Positions 43,857 through 57,915 are shown, counted from the first letter of the stretch. The stretch: DNA of 64,000 nucleotides from the human T2T-CHM13v2.0 reference genome, Homo sapiens (GCF_009914755.1 NC_060938.1); one strand, 5' to 3'. A program made the numbers and translations. The notes: a model not told the origin generated them from the letters alone.

Positions 43857-46149
43857 CTAGAAAAATAAACACGTATATATGCACATAAAAAGATGAAAAT
43901 GGGCTGGGTACGGTGGCTTGCACCTGTAATCCCAGCACTTTGGGAGGCTAAGGCAGGAGGATTTGAGCCCAGGAGTTTGAGACCAGTCTGGGCAACATAG
44001 GGAGACCCTGTTTCTATTAAAAAAAAAAAAAATTTATCTGGGCATGGTGGCGTGTGCCTGTTGTCCCAGCTCCTCGGGAGGCTGAGGTGGCAGGATCACT
44101 CGAGCTCGGAGTTTGAGGCTGCAGTGAGCTATGATCCCACCATCTCACCCCAGCAGCAACAGAGTGAAACCCTGTGTCAAAAAAAGAAAAGAAAAGAAAA
44201 GAAAGATGAAAATGCACAGCAAAAGGACTGGCAGGTTTAGTGAGGGGAATGTGTTGGGTGTGGAACAAGGACTTGCTTACCTACTCTTTTTTTTTCTTTT
44301 TTTAAGACAGGATCTCACTCTGTCACCCAGGCTGGAGTGTAGTGGTGCAACAGTGCCATCATAGCTCACTGCAGCTTCTACCTTGTGGACTCAAGCAATC
44401 CTCTGGCCCCAGCCTTCCGAGTAGCTGGGACTATAGGCATGCACTACCACGCCTGGCCATTTTATTCTGTATTATTTCAATCTTTTGTAAAGAGAATGCT
44501 TAACTTGTGTAATTCTAAGAAAAAAGAACTGGATTAGAACAAAATATACTGAGATGTTAACAATAGCTGTCTTTAGATAATGGGATTATAGGTAATTTTT
44601 CTTCCCTTTACTTTACTTTAAAAAAATTTCCCAATTATTCTTAAATAACACTCTTACTTTTGTAATGGAAAAGCCAACAAACCTTTTTGTTTTTTCACTA
44701 CTTTCTTTTTTAAAAACACTTCGAAAGATTCCATTAGCCTTTTAAAAATTTTTAAATTATCTTCATTGGTTTTTAAAATGATAGCAAGTAATGCAGACGT
44801 TTTTTATAAAATGTCAAACAGCACAGAGAGAACATAGTGTGGAAAGAAAAGGTATTTCGTAATTCCATCTCCTCCTATGAGATAACCACTATTCTCCAAA
44901 ACTTTAAAAATACAGCATATTTATATTAAGAATTTAAAAATAATTTCAAATTAACTGGAAAGGCTGAGAACTAGAATACACTTTCTTTGTACCAAGCAGA
45001 GTTCTAAATGTTTTAAATTTTATCATCTCGTGGAATTTATCCAATGACTCTCTGGGGTAGATGCTATACCCCATTAACCACAAAGTCAGGCTGGGAGGGG
45101 TTAAACAATTTGCCCAAGGCCACATTCTAGTAAGGGGCAGGATTGGCATTCAAACCCAAGTCCAAGACACCCGCTAAGCCACAGCCTCAGGCCACTGCCA
45201 TTCCTGGTGGGTGGGGCGGGTGTGATTAAGATGCAGGAACTGGACTTGAGTTCAAGTGTGGCGGCTCTTCTTCCAGTGCCCCTGGGAAAGGGTGTTTTGT
45301 GAAGGATTTTTGCTTTTGGTGATAACTGTGGAGCTGTGATTGAGAGAGGAGAAAATGATAATAGTGGAGCTGGAGCATAATGGATGCATGGGGGCATTTT
45401 ACAGTGGTTGTCAGGGGAGAGACAGCACGGAGGAGCTGTGGGTGGAATTGGAAAGAAGCAGTTAGCTACAGCACTCCAAAGGGTTAAAGCCAGGCTGGAA
45501 AGCCCCTTGGGGGGAAGCTGCCACCAAGGCTGCAATCCTGAGGCCTTCACCTCCCCCATCAGCAGGGGCTGGACTGGTTCCTCCTGGGATTATTTGAGGC
45601 CCCTGGGCCCTAGGTGAGCCATGGGGGAGGGACCGAAGCTGCAGGTACTGCGTGCCCCCACCTTTCAGTGGGGCTCAGTAAGTTAGGTGCCCTGGGATAG
45701 GCCCCCTGGCTCCTAACAGATGCAGCTCTGGCCCAGGCTTGCTTTGGGAATGAGAGGTGTTGAGCCCCAAGCCTGGGGGATGCTCAGAGAATGGTGGAGA
45801 TGCAGCCTTTAGAGAAAGTGGGGCCTTCCTGGATGGGAAGGGAGACTGCCCCATGATGGGGCCGTGAGTAGCTCTCCAGTCTGCCTGGTTCTGCCTGTCT
45901 TACAGGACTGGGGTTGGTGAGAGCTGCCTCACAAAGAGATGCATTTTGAGGGTTCAGAGAGCCTCAAGGTATTTCTCTTAAGCAATTATCCATAGCTAGT
46001 TTCTGGGCCCCAGCTTTGCTCTCTTCCACCTCCTCTGCAAGCCTGGCCACAGACTTTCTTCCCCTAGGTCTTTCGATCTGAACCTTCTCCTCCCATTCCC
46101 TCCCCTCCCCCCAAACTCTTTGGAAATCTTTCAACTTTCTTTCAACTTT

Positions 46150-46350
46150 TCTCTGGGCAGTTTGGGGTTTGTTTCAGAGCTGGGTCAGGGCACTTTAACA
46201 CCCCCAGCTGGGGAGAGTGGATGACAATAGCTGCTATCACTTTACCATTGGAAGTGACCCCCGAATTTGCACTTCTTTCATCTTGGTACAGAGCACTTGA
46301 GGGTGGGCGATTTCCTGGGGGGAGTGGCTTAAGCCGCTTCCCCACCGGCC
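46150..46350 (+). promoter_or_regulatory. VRTN: VRTN proximal promoter (non-CpG-island)
   Basis: Unique sequence upstream of the inferred exon 1. Contains SOX-like ACAATAG (46224-46230), KLF-like GGGTGGG (46301-46307), a TATA-position CTTAAG about 20 nt upstream, and an Inr-like CC|AGTT at 46351. Confidence 0.55.
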
Positions 46351-46532
46351 AGTTGGCTGTAGACGGTCCATGCTCAATGGTCCTCTACAGATATGAAACT
46401 GGTTCTGGAGTGAGATGAGCTCGGCTGGGGACGCTACTTGAGAAGGCCTTTCCCCACAGGGTGACTTAAATGTCCCAGGCTGGAAGGTGGAGCGAGAAGT
46501 GGATGCCCCCAGGGCTCTGGGTCACACTCCAG
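46351..46532 (+). other. VRTN: VRTN non-coding exon 1 (5'UTR)
   Basis: Donor CAG|GTCAGT at 46533. Splicing to the acceptor at 54662/54663 gives ...CTCCAG-GATGACTTCT, consistent with my recollection of the VRTN mRNA. The start position is approximate. Confidence 0.7.
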
Positions 46533-49500
46533 GTCAGTAAAACAGCGAGTTTCCTCAAAACTAGGAAGGGTGGGGGTGCCCCGTACAGTTTGGAGGCTCC
46601 AGCGGGGTCAGGGATGATCTCGGGACCCTACTGGGCCCAGGTCAAGGAGTGGCCCCGTGAAGATGCTGTGGTGTATGTGTGTCTGGGAGTGTATGTAGAG
46701 GGAGAGGACGCATTGTTTCAAGCTCTCTTTCTCCCCACCCCCACCTCCACCTCCAGCCCTGTCCCCACCCCCACCCGTCTGCCTATCTCCCTTCCCCACC
46801 CTACACAATGGTCTGGCCTCGGTCCCTCCCCAGGTTCCCCGGGCTTCTCAGGTTGGATCCCTCGTCCCTGGAGCCCCGGACCTGCCAGCTCCCTCTTTTG
46901 CCACTCATTGCCTCCTGGCACCTTAAGGGGCAACCGGGAGCCTGTGCTGCTTCCCCTTGTGGGCTGCACTCTTCCTCCCTTCCAAACACGTGGTCCAGTA
47001 GAGCAACTGAACTGGGCTGGATTGACTTGGTGGCCTCAGGCCCACCCCTGTGACCCAAGGTGCAGCCACTACCCTTGGTGGTGGGAATTTCCTTGGGAAG
47101 TCACAGCCCAAAGGCTTGGCTGCCACCAGCCAACCCTGGCAGCTGCCCTTGCCCAGCTGGGCCTCCAGGGCCACCGGGGAGGGAGCAAAGATGGCTGGCG
47201 CTCCCTTAGGCCCTGGCAGGGCGCAGCCTGTGCAGTCGGGCTGGTGTGGCCAGGGCAGGGAGGGCAGGGCAGAGAGGCACGGCGCAAGGCTGGGTGAGGA
47301 GCCAGCCATCCAGGGGAGAATCGAACCCACAGCCTTACTGAGACCTGGTGGCCCATGTGCAGGTTGACTATAGAGAACACAGCGCCTGCTTTGGGAGGGA
47401 GAGGAAGAAAAGGGAGGGCTGAGAACATGGGATCCATGGTAAGCTAGAGCCCAGAATGAGGCTGGTGGGGAAGGATTTTGTTCTAAAGACCAGGCCAGGC
47501 TCATAACAGCAGATCTCTTGCCCCTCCATCCCTTGGCCCACCCAGATTCCTGGCTCACTCTTAAGACGCAGGGGACAAGAGGCCAGACCTGGGTTCTGAG
47601 ACCCCATATGCTTGAAATAAAGAATGGGGGAGCGGGGAGGCTGACCTTGGTGAAGGCGAGGCTGTGAGTGCCCTGCAGAGTAGCCTGTGGCCATTCATTC
47701 ATTCCTTGGCTTTACTGGAGCTAAGATCCTGGCTGGATGCCTCTGGATGTCCTGCCTTTACCCCCGCCCTTCTAATCTCAGGCAAGAGGAGGGGATGAGC
47801 CTGTGCAATCCCGAGTGTGCCTTGCCTCCTTGGTTTCATACCTTTTCAGATCACTTCCAAGAGTTGTGGGGGCCAGGGCAGGCCAGCTGGGCAAAGTCCA
47901 TAGATTAGCTATCACTTTTTGCACCTCCTTCCCTGAATGCACCTGGCAACCGGCTTGTCTGCTTTGCATTGCACTTCTAGGAAGAGAGCCATTGCCAAAA
48001 AGACTGTTGCACCTGAACCCCATCATCAATTGTCTACTTAAGAGTGATAGGCTTCCCCGTGCAGCCCCTACCCTTTCCACACGGCCCTATTCTCTGGTGG
48101 GCGAATCCATCTGTGGGTTGGGAGTGAGTGTGGAGCTGCTTTTCCTTAAGCTTTTGAGGAAGCCAGAAGTGGGGTATCACATACTTGTACCTCCTACCTC
48201 TTTGGGGAAGAGAAAGGAATGAAATTGGGTGGAGCCGGGTGGAACTGGGCCTGGGAAGAGTAGATAGGGTGGGACGAGGAGGGTGGGGACAGGTGGGGAC
48301 TGTGCAAGAGGAAGTGTGGCATATCTGGACGTTGTGTTGGAAGGTATCTGGACACTGCTGCATGAATTCAGGCAAGTCGACTCTACCTTTGTGGACCTCA
48401 ATTTCCTTATCTGTAAAATGGCCAGGTTTGTCTTAAAGTCCTAAAAATCCATAAGTTTCTGGATCCATTGGATAATGAGAATTTTGGATGATGGAATTAT
48501 AGTGCTTAGAAAGGGAGCTTGAGAGTCAGGCTGCTTAGACTTTGTAGCTTTTAAAAGCTGTGTGGTCTTGCGAAAGCTACTTAATGTAAACCCGGAGCCT
48601 CCAGGTGTGAACTCGGACTAGGGATCCTGTAGATAGCGTAGGTGTGATGGAATTGTAGTTCACATGGAAGGAAGGTGAGAACCACATATAAACAAAATTA
48701 CCACTGAAAAGCCTGAACTCCAAATGCTTGAGGGTGAAAAGCTGGCAGATACTTGTTAACACTTCAGGGAACATCATGCTCTCCTCAGGAAATCGGCTAA
48801 TTGCGTGTAAGGGTATAAAAATATCCACACAGCTTCAGTATATTGTTCCCTCTTGTTTTTCCTGAGATTTTGGTTGAATTACCTAGTTAAATGCACATAG
48901 GAAGCAGTCAGTAAATGGTAGCTATTTTCCTAATTTTGTTTACAAAGTATCTAGCAGAGCACTCATTTGTATGCAGTTGTAAAATAGCATTCAACAAGTG
49001 ACATAATGCAAGAAAAACAAAAACCCAACGTCTTGCTTGTTGACATCATTGTCTGCCAAAATGAAAAAGCTTGTCTGTGTGTACACAGTTTGTTCTTCAG
49101 GATTCCTTTTTTAAAAATTGTATAATGTTAAGTGCTGTCTTTACTAAGGACTGATATGGATTATCTCCTGAATCCAAAGAAAAGTAATAGTTTTCTTTTT
49201 AAAGTAAATATAAAAGGCATAAAAGTTGACAGATTAATAAAAGCCAACTTCTAGAGTTAAATGATATGGTACAAATAGAAATATGGTGAGAGGTTATACC
49301 AGATTTGTTATAATATACACATTTTAAAGAAATCCACAGCCTAGAAATTTTGTCCAAAGGTGATTCTGATTACCAGGTTTTTTTTTTTTTTTTTTTTTTT
49401 TAAGACAGTCTCACTCTGACACCCGGGCTGGAGTGCAGTGGCATAATCTCAGTCCCCTGAGGCTCAGGTTATCCACCTCAGCCTCCTGAGTAGCTGGGAC

Positions 49501-49707
49501 TACAGGCACATGCTACTATGCAGGCTAATTTTTTTTTTTCCGTAGAGATGGGGTTATGTTATGTTGTCCAGGCTGGTCTCTAACTCCTAGGGCTCAAGCT
49601 ATCTGCCCACTTCAGCCTCCCAAAGTTCTGGGATTACAGGCATGAGCCACTGCACTTGGGCTGATTACCAATTTTTAAACGACTTTCCTTCTTTGGTTAT
49701 CAAGTAA

Positions 49708-49911
<204 letters not shown>

Positions 49912-50864
49912 TAGTAGACACAGGGTTTCACCATGTTGTCCAGGATGGTCTTGATCTCTTGACCTTGTGATCCGCCTGCCTCGTCCTCCCAAAGTGCTGG
50001 GATTACAGGCCTGAGCCACCACCATGCCCGGCCTCAGTACTTTTAATTTTTTTTATTTATGTTTTATTTTTTATTTTTGAGATGGAGTCTCACTCTGTCA
50101 CCCAGGCTGGAGTGCGGTGGGCGATCTCGGCTCACTGCAACCTCTGCTGCCCAGGTTCAACCAATTCTTCTGCCTCGGCCTCCCGAGTAGCTGGGATAAC
50201 AGGCACCTGCCACTGCACCTGGCTAATTTTTGCATTTTTAGTAGAGATGGGGTTTCACCATCTTGGCCAGGCTGGTCATGAACTCCTGATCTCGTGATCC
50301 ACCTGCCTCAGCCTCCCAAAGTGCTGGGATTACAGGTGTGAGCCACTGCGCCCCAGCCCTACTTTTAATTTTTTAAAACATTTTTACTAAATTACAATTT
50401 GCATTCATCCACTCCTTTCAAATGTAGCTTTTTTGTTTTGTTTTGCTTTTTGGGGACAGTCTCCTCTGTTGCTCAGGCTGAAGTCCGGTGGCGTGATCAT
50501 AGCTCACTGTAACCTCGAACTATGCTCAAGTAATCTTCCTGCCTCAGCCTCCCAAAGTGCTGGGATTATAGGCGTGTGCCACCACGCCTGGCCTTAAGCG
50601 TACAGTTTGATCTGAAAAATGTATATACCCAAACACCATTTTTAAACCTAAGGGTCATCTAAAGCAATTTATTGAACTCTGAGAACAAGTTTAATTTGAG
50701 AACATGATCTGAGAAACCAGAAAGGATAATGGTCCCTCCCCTAATGTAAAAAGTGTCTATGAAGGAATACCACTCTGCTTTGCAACTGAACAATAAAAAC
50801 ATACCAATAATTGAGATGATTAGTTTTGTGTTAAAAGGTGGTTAATGGTTTGAACAGGAGATGA

Positions 50865-50954
<90 letters not shown>

Positions 50955-51411
50955 TGAGGTCAGGAGTTTGAGACCATGAGACCACCCTGTCGGACATGGT
51001 GAAACCCCATCTCTACAACATAAGCTGGGCGTGGTGGCATGTGCCTACAGTCCTAGTTACTCTGGAGGTTGAGGCAGGAGAATCGCTTGAACCCTGGGGG
51101 CGGAGGTTGTAGTGAGCAAAGAATGAGCCACTGTACCCCAGCCTGGGTGATAGAGTGAGATTCTGTCTCAAAAAAAAAGAAAAAAAGTGTTTGGTTTCAA
51201 CTAACTTGTATTGTGACCTTGGGCAAATTAGGTTAACTTCAGTTGCCTCAGTTTCCTCACCTGTAAATTGGGGATAATGGTAGTACTTAAAGTATTAGTG
51301 TCAGGATTAGGACAGTGCATGGCAAATAGTAAATGCTCAGTAAATCATAGTTATTAGATCTTTGTGCAGTGAATAGATTGTTGCTACCCCTTTGAAAGGC
51401 TGTTTCTGGGG

Positions 51412-53385
<1,974 letters not shown>

Positions 53386-53995
53386 TCTTTCTTTTCTTTA
53401 AAAAAAAAATAGCATCATTTATTTATTTATTTGAGACAGAGTCTCGGTCTGTCACCCATGCTTGAGCACAGTGGCATGATCTCTACTCAGTGCGGCCTCC
53501 ACCTCCCAAGTTCAAGTGATTCTCGTGCCTCAGCCTCCTGAGTAGCTGAGATTACAGGTGCATTCCACCATGCCTGGCTAACTTTTTTTTTTGTATTTTT
53601 AGTAGCAATGGGGTTTCACTATGTTGGCCAGGCTGGCCTCAAACTCCTGACCTTAAGTGATCTGCCTGCCTCAGCCTCCCAAAGTGCATGAGCCACTGCA
53701 CCTGGCCTCTCTCTTTTTTTTTTTTTCTGAGACAGAGTCTCATTCCTGTCACCCTGGCTGGAGTGCAGTGGTGCGAGCATTGCTCACTGCAGCCTCGGAT
53801 TCCCAGGCTCAGATGATCCTCCTGCCTCAGCCTCCCAAGTAGCCGGGACTATAGGCACATGCCACTGTGCCCAGCTAATTTTTGTATTTTTTGTAGAGAT
53901 GGGGTTTTGCCATGTTGCTCAGGCTGGTCTTGAACTCCTGGACTCAAGCAGTCCACCCACCTCAGCCTCCCAAAGTGCTAAGATTACAGGCATGA

Positions 53996-54430
<435 letters not shown>

Positions 54431-54663
54431 TGATCCAAGGTGACCAAGCTTATGTCAGAGCCAGGATTCAAAGCCAGGTTCTAGAGACCACACTTTTCCT
54501 CAGTACCATTCAGTGATGAACCAATCCCGTCTGTTGTGGGAGGACGGGAGCAGATAGACATTACCTTTTGGGAGAAAGTGCAGGAGTGGACAGGGCACCT
54601 TTGCTAGTCATCATCTGGGCACTTCGACCTGACTACTGCCCCTTTATCTTTTGCCCTGGCAGG

Positions 54664-56772
54664 ATGACTTCTCGGAACCAGCTGGTGCAGAAGGTGCTGC
54701 AGGAGCTGCAGGAAGCAGTGGAGTGCGAAGGCCTGGAGGGTCTCATAGGTGCTTCCTTGGAGGCCAAGCAGGTCCTGTCTTCCTTCACTCTCCCCACCTG
54801 CCGGGAGGGAGGCCCTGGCCTCCAGGTGCTGGAAGTGGACTCGGTGGCCCTGAGCCTGTATCCAGAAGATGCTCCACGGAACATGCTGCCGCTGGTGTGC
54901 AAGGGGGAGGGCAGCCTGCTGTTCGAGGCGGCCAGCATGCTGCTGTGGGGTGACGCAGGCCTCAGCCTGGAGCTGCGGGCCCGCACCGTGGTAGAGATGC
55001 TGCTGCACAGACACTACTACCTCCAGGGCATGATCGACTCCAAAGTGATGCTGCAGGCCGTGCGCTACTCCCTATGCTCTGAGGAGTCCCCTGAGATGAC
55101 CAGCTTGCCCCCCGCCACGCTGGAGGCCATCTTCGATGCCGACGTCAAGGCCTCCTGTTTCCCCAGCAGCTTCTCCAACGTGTGGCACTTGTATGCTCTC
55201 GCCTCTGTCCTCCAGCGGAACATCTACTCCATCTACCCCATGCGCAACCTCAAGATCCGGCCCTACTTCAACCGTGTCATCCGGCCCCGCCGCTGCGACC
55301 ACGTGCCCTCCACGCTGCACATCATGTGGGCTGGCCAGCCCCTCACCAGCCACTTCTTCCGCCACCAGTACTTTGCCCCTGTGGTGGGGCTGGAAGAGGT
55401 GGAGGCTGAAGGTGCCCCTGGCGTGGCCCCAGCTCTTCCAGCCCTGGCCCCACTCTCATCGCCGGCCAAGACCCTGGAGCTGCTCAACCGTGAACCTGGC
55501 CTCAGCTACTCTCACCTCTGTGAGCGCTACAGCGTCACCAAAAGCACCTTCTACCGCTGGCGGCGGCAGTCCCAGGAGCACCGGCAGAAGGTTGCTGCCC
55601 GCTTCTCCGCCAAGCACTTCCTGCAGGACAGCTTCCACCGGGGGGGCGTCGTGCCACTTCAGCAGTTCCTCCAGCGGTTCCCGGAGATCTCCCGCTCAAC
55701 CTACTATGCCTGGAAGCATGAGCTGCTGGGCTCTGGCACCTGCCCGGCCTTGCCCCCCAGGGAGGTGCTGGGCATGGAGGAGCTAGAGAAGCTGCCGGAG
55801 GAGCAGGTGGCTGAGGAGGAGCTGGAGTGCTCCGCACTGGCGGTGTCAAGCCCTGGAATGGTCTTAATGCAGCGGGCCAAGTTGTACCTGGAGCATTGCA
55901 TCTCCCTGAACACACTGGTACCCTATCGCTGCTTCAAACGCAGGTTCCCTGGCATCTCACGGTCCACTTATTATAATTGGCGGCGAAAGGCCCTCCGGAG
56001 GAACCCCAGCTTCAAGCCGGCACCAGCCCTCTCTGCTGCTGGGACTCCCCAGCTAGCATCTGTTGGGGAAGGGGCTGTAATTCCTTGGAAGAGTGAGGCG
56101 GAAGAGGGGGCAGGGAATGCCACAGGTGAGGACCCTCCCGCCCCCGGGGAGCTCCTGCCACTAAGGATGCCCCTGTCCCGTTGGCAGAGGCGTCTGCGCA
56201 GGGCTGCCCGCAGGCAGGTGCTGAGTGGGCATCTCCCTTTCTGCCGCTTCCGCCTCCGCTACCCCAGCCTGTCACCTTCTGCCTTTTGGGTCTGGAAGAG
56301 TCTTGCTCGGGGTTGGCCCAGAGGCCTGTCCAAACTTCAGGTGCCGGTCCCCACCTTGGGCAAAGGGGGGCAGGAGGCTGAGGAGAAGCAGGAGAAGGAG
56401 GCTGGCAGGGATGTGACAGCTGTGATGGCCCCACCTGTGGGGGCTTCTTCAGAAGATGTAGAGGGAGGGCCTTCCAGAGAGGGGGCCCTGCAGGAGGGGG
56501 CCACAGCCCAGGGCCAGCCCCACAGTGGGCCCTTGCTGAGCCAACCTGTGGTGGCAGCAGCGGGTGGCAGGGATGGCCGGATGCTGGTGATGGACATGAT
56601 CGCTACCACGAAGTTCAAGGCCCAGGCCAAGCTGTTCTTGCAGAAGCGCTTCCAGTCCAAGAGCTTTCCCTCCTACAAGGAGTTCAGTGCCCTCTTTCCC
56701 CTCACTGCCCGCTCCACATACTACATGTGGAAGCGAGCCCTCTATGACGGCCTGACCCTGGTAGATGGCTGA
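54664..56772 (+). CDS. VRTN: Vertnin, 702 aa; vertebrae-development associated DNA-binding factor with a single coding exon
   Basis: Long open frame MTSRNQLVQKVLQELQEAVECEGLEG...RALYDGLTLVDG* with strong GC3 codon bias. The acceptor CCTTTATCTTTTGCCCTGGCAG|G lies 1 nt before ATG 54664, so the 32-codon TTG extension in the ORF track is intronic. Confidence 0.97.
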   Translation: MTSRNQLVQKVLQELQEAVECEGLEGLIGASLEAKQVLSSFTLPTCREGGPGLQVLEVDSVALSLYPEDAPRNMLPLVCKGEGSLLFEAASMLLWGDAGLSLELRARTVVEMLLHRHYYLQGMIDSKVMLQAVRYSLCSEESPEMTSLPPATLEAIFDADVKASCFPSSFSNVWHLYALASVLQRNIYSIYPMRNLKIRPYFNRVIRPRRCDHVPSTLHIMWAGQPLTSHFFRHQYFAPVVGLEEVEAEGAPGVAPALPALAPLSSPAKTLELLNREPGLSYSHLCERYSVTKSTFYRWRRQSQEHRQKVAARFSAKHFLQDSFHRGGVVPLQQFLQRFPEISRSTYYAWKHELLGSGTCPALPPREVLGMEELEKLPEEQVAEEELECSALAVSSPGMVLMQRAKLYLEHCISLNTLVPYRCFKRRFPGISRSTYYNWRRKALRRNPSFKPAPALSAAGTPQLASVGEGAVIPWKSEAEEGAGNATGEDPPAPGELLPLRMPLSRWQRRLRRAARRQVLSGHLPFCRFRLRYPSLSPSAFWVWKSLARGWPRGLSKLQVPVPTLGKGGQEAEEKQEKEAGRDVTAVMAPPVGASSEDVEGGPSREGALQEGATAQGQPHSGPLLSQPVVAAAGGRDGRMLVMDMIATTKFKAQAKLFLQKRFQSKSFPSYKEFSALFPLTARSTYYMWKRALYDGLTLVDG

Positions 56773-57280
56773 CAGGGAGGTACAAAAGGGGCTGGGAAGA
56801 AGGGGGACCAGTTTGGAGAGGGTCAGGGACCTGAGCTGACCCCAGGCTTGGCCAGGATGTCCTTTGCTCTGGGTCCCACAGTGTCTACCCTAAGTCCAAG
56901 GGTATATTTGTGTTATTTTCTGGCTCCAGGACAGAGAATGCCAGAAATCAGCCATCTGGTCTCCCGTAGGAAACTGTGGGACCAGAGATATCCTCTTTCG
57001 TTGTTTGCTGGTCATATTTTTACTGTTATGATTTAGTTTTTGGTTTTGATTTGAGTGGGTTGGTTGGCCCCCTTGCTGGAGTTGGAAGCCGTATGTATGT
57101 CAGGGGGTTTAGAGGGGGGTTGGTTAGCTAGAGCTGCTTTCAGCTTTTCCTGGAGACAAAAGGAGTGTTATAGCATGATCATCGGTCCCACTGGGCAGAA
57201 CGTTATCTTCAGTTTCTTTTGGGGGTTGGCATCCTCTTTACTCAGTTGTTTCCCAAAGGAACATTAGGCTCGAATATGGG

Positions 57281-57420
57281 GGCCAGGTGTGGTGGCTTAT
57301 GCCTGTAATCCTAGCGCTTTGGGAGGCCAAGGCAGGAGGATCACTTGAGGCTAGGAGTTAGAGACCACCCTGGGCAATGTAGTGAGACCTCATCTCTTAG
57401 AAAAAAAAAAAGAAAGAAAA
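57281..57420 (+). mobile_element. Alu left monomer (FLAM-like) in the VRTN 3'UTR
   Basis: GGCCAGGTGTGGTGGCTTATGCCTGTAATCC...GAGACCTCATCTC followed by an A-tail; single monomer length. Confidence 0.85.
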
Positions 57421-57865
57421 TCAAATGTAGAGCTGATCAGCAGCTTGTGCCTGGCATCCCCAAGGGAGAAGGTGCCAGGTCAGCAGGAGCAGCAGCAGGG
57501 ATGTATAGAAAGAACCACAGCTGGCCTCTAAAGGATGGCACTGAGGCACCGGAGATCTTGAGGCACTGGAGATCACTGAGGGGCTGGCCTGTCCCCTGCA
57601 AGGAGTGTGGGACCAGGTGGGGCAAGGCTGGGAGATGCAGGCTCTGTTTGCAGATTATGGCCCAGAGTCTCTGCTTGTGGGTGCTTGATCCACCTGCTGG
57701 GACCCTGCAGTCCTCGGCCAGCCTGGCTGTCAGTTGGGGATTCCACCTTTCTGCTGAGCGTCTTCTCGGAGCTGGAGGCCCATCTTCAGTGAGAGATCAC
57801 AAAGCGGCCAGGCAGGTGGGAGACTGAATTTGCCTTGTTCGAGAGTAACGTTTGAAAACCAAAGA

Positions 57866-57915
57866 AATAAAGTGATGCAGTGCCCACAGTGCTTGGTCTC
57901 TGGTATTTGTTTTGC
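57866..57915 (+). terminator. VRTN: VRTN polyadenylation signal, with probable cleavage near 57888 and a downstream GU/U-rich element
   Basis: AATAAA at 57866-57871, CA about 16 nt downstream, then GTGCTTGGTCTCTGGTATTTGTTTTG. Confidence 0.8.

Noticed and set aside
46470-47702. 275-aa (+) and 259-aa (-) ORFs at the VRTN exon 1/intron boundary
   Set aside because: They read through a splice donor into GC-rich low-complexity intron with no domain. Only the spliced form of the 46470 start is retained as a finding.
48964-48978. SOX-OCT composite-like CATTTGTATGCAGTT
   Set aside because: Wrong spacing and a poor octamer half; likely chance.
54568-54663. 32-aa N-terminal extension in the 734-aa ORF call
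   Set aside because: It starts at TTG and spans a polypyrimidine tract and splice acceptor, so it is intronic. The true start is ATG 54664.
55136-56660. Alternative-frame and antisense ORFs inside the VRTN CDS (e.g. 216 aa at 55136)
   Set aside because: Expected shadow ORFs of a high-GC3 coding sequence, with no independent start or splice evidence.
57281-57420. Inverted-Alu dsRNA in the mature VRTN 3'UTR
   Set aside because: Only one sense monomer lies within the UTR. The antisense partners are intronic or beyond the poly(A) site.
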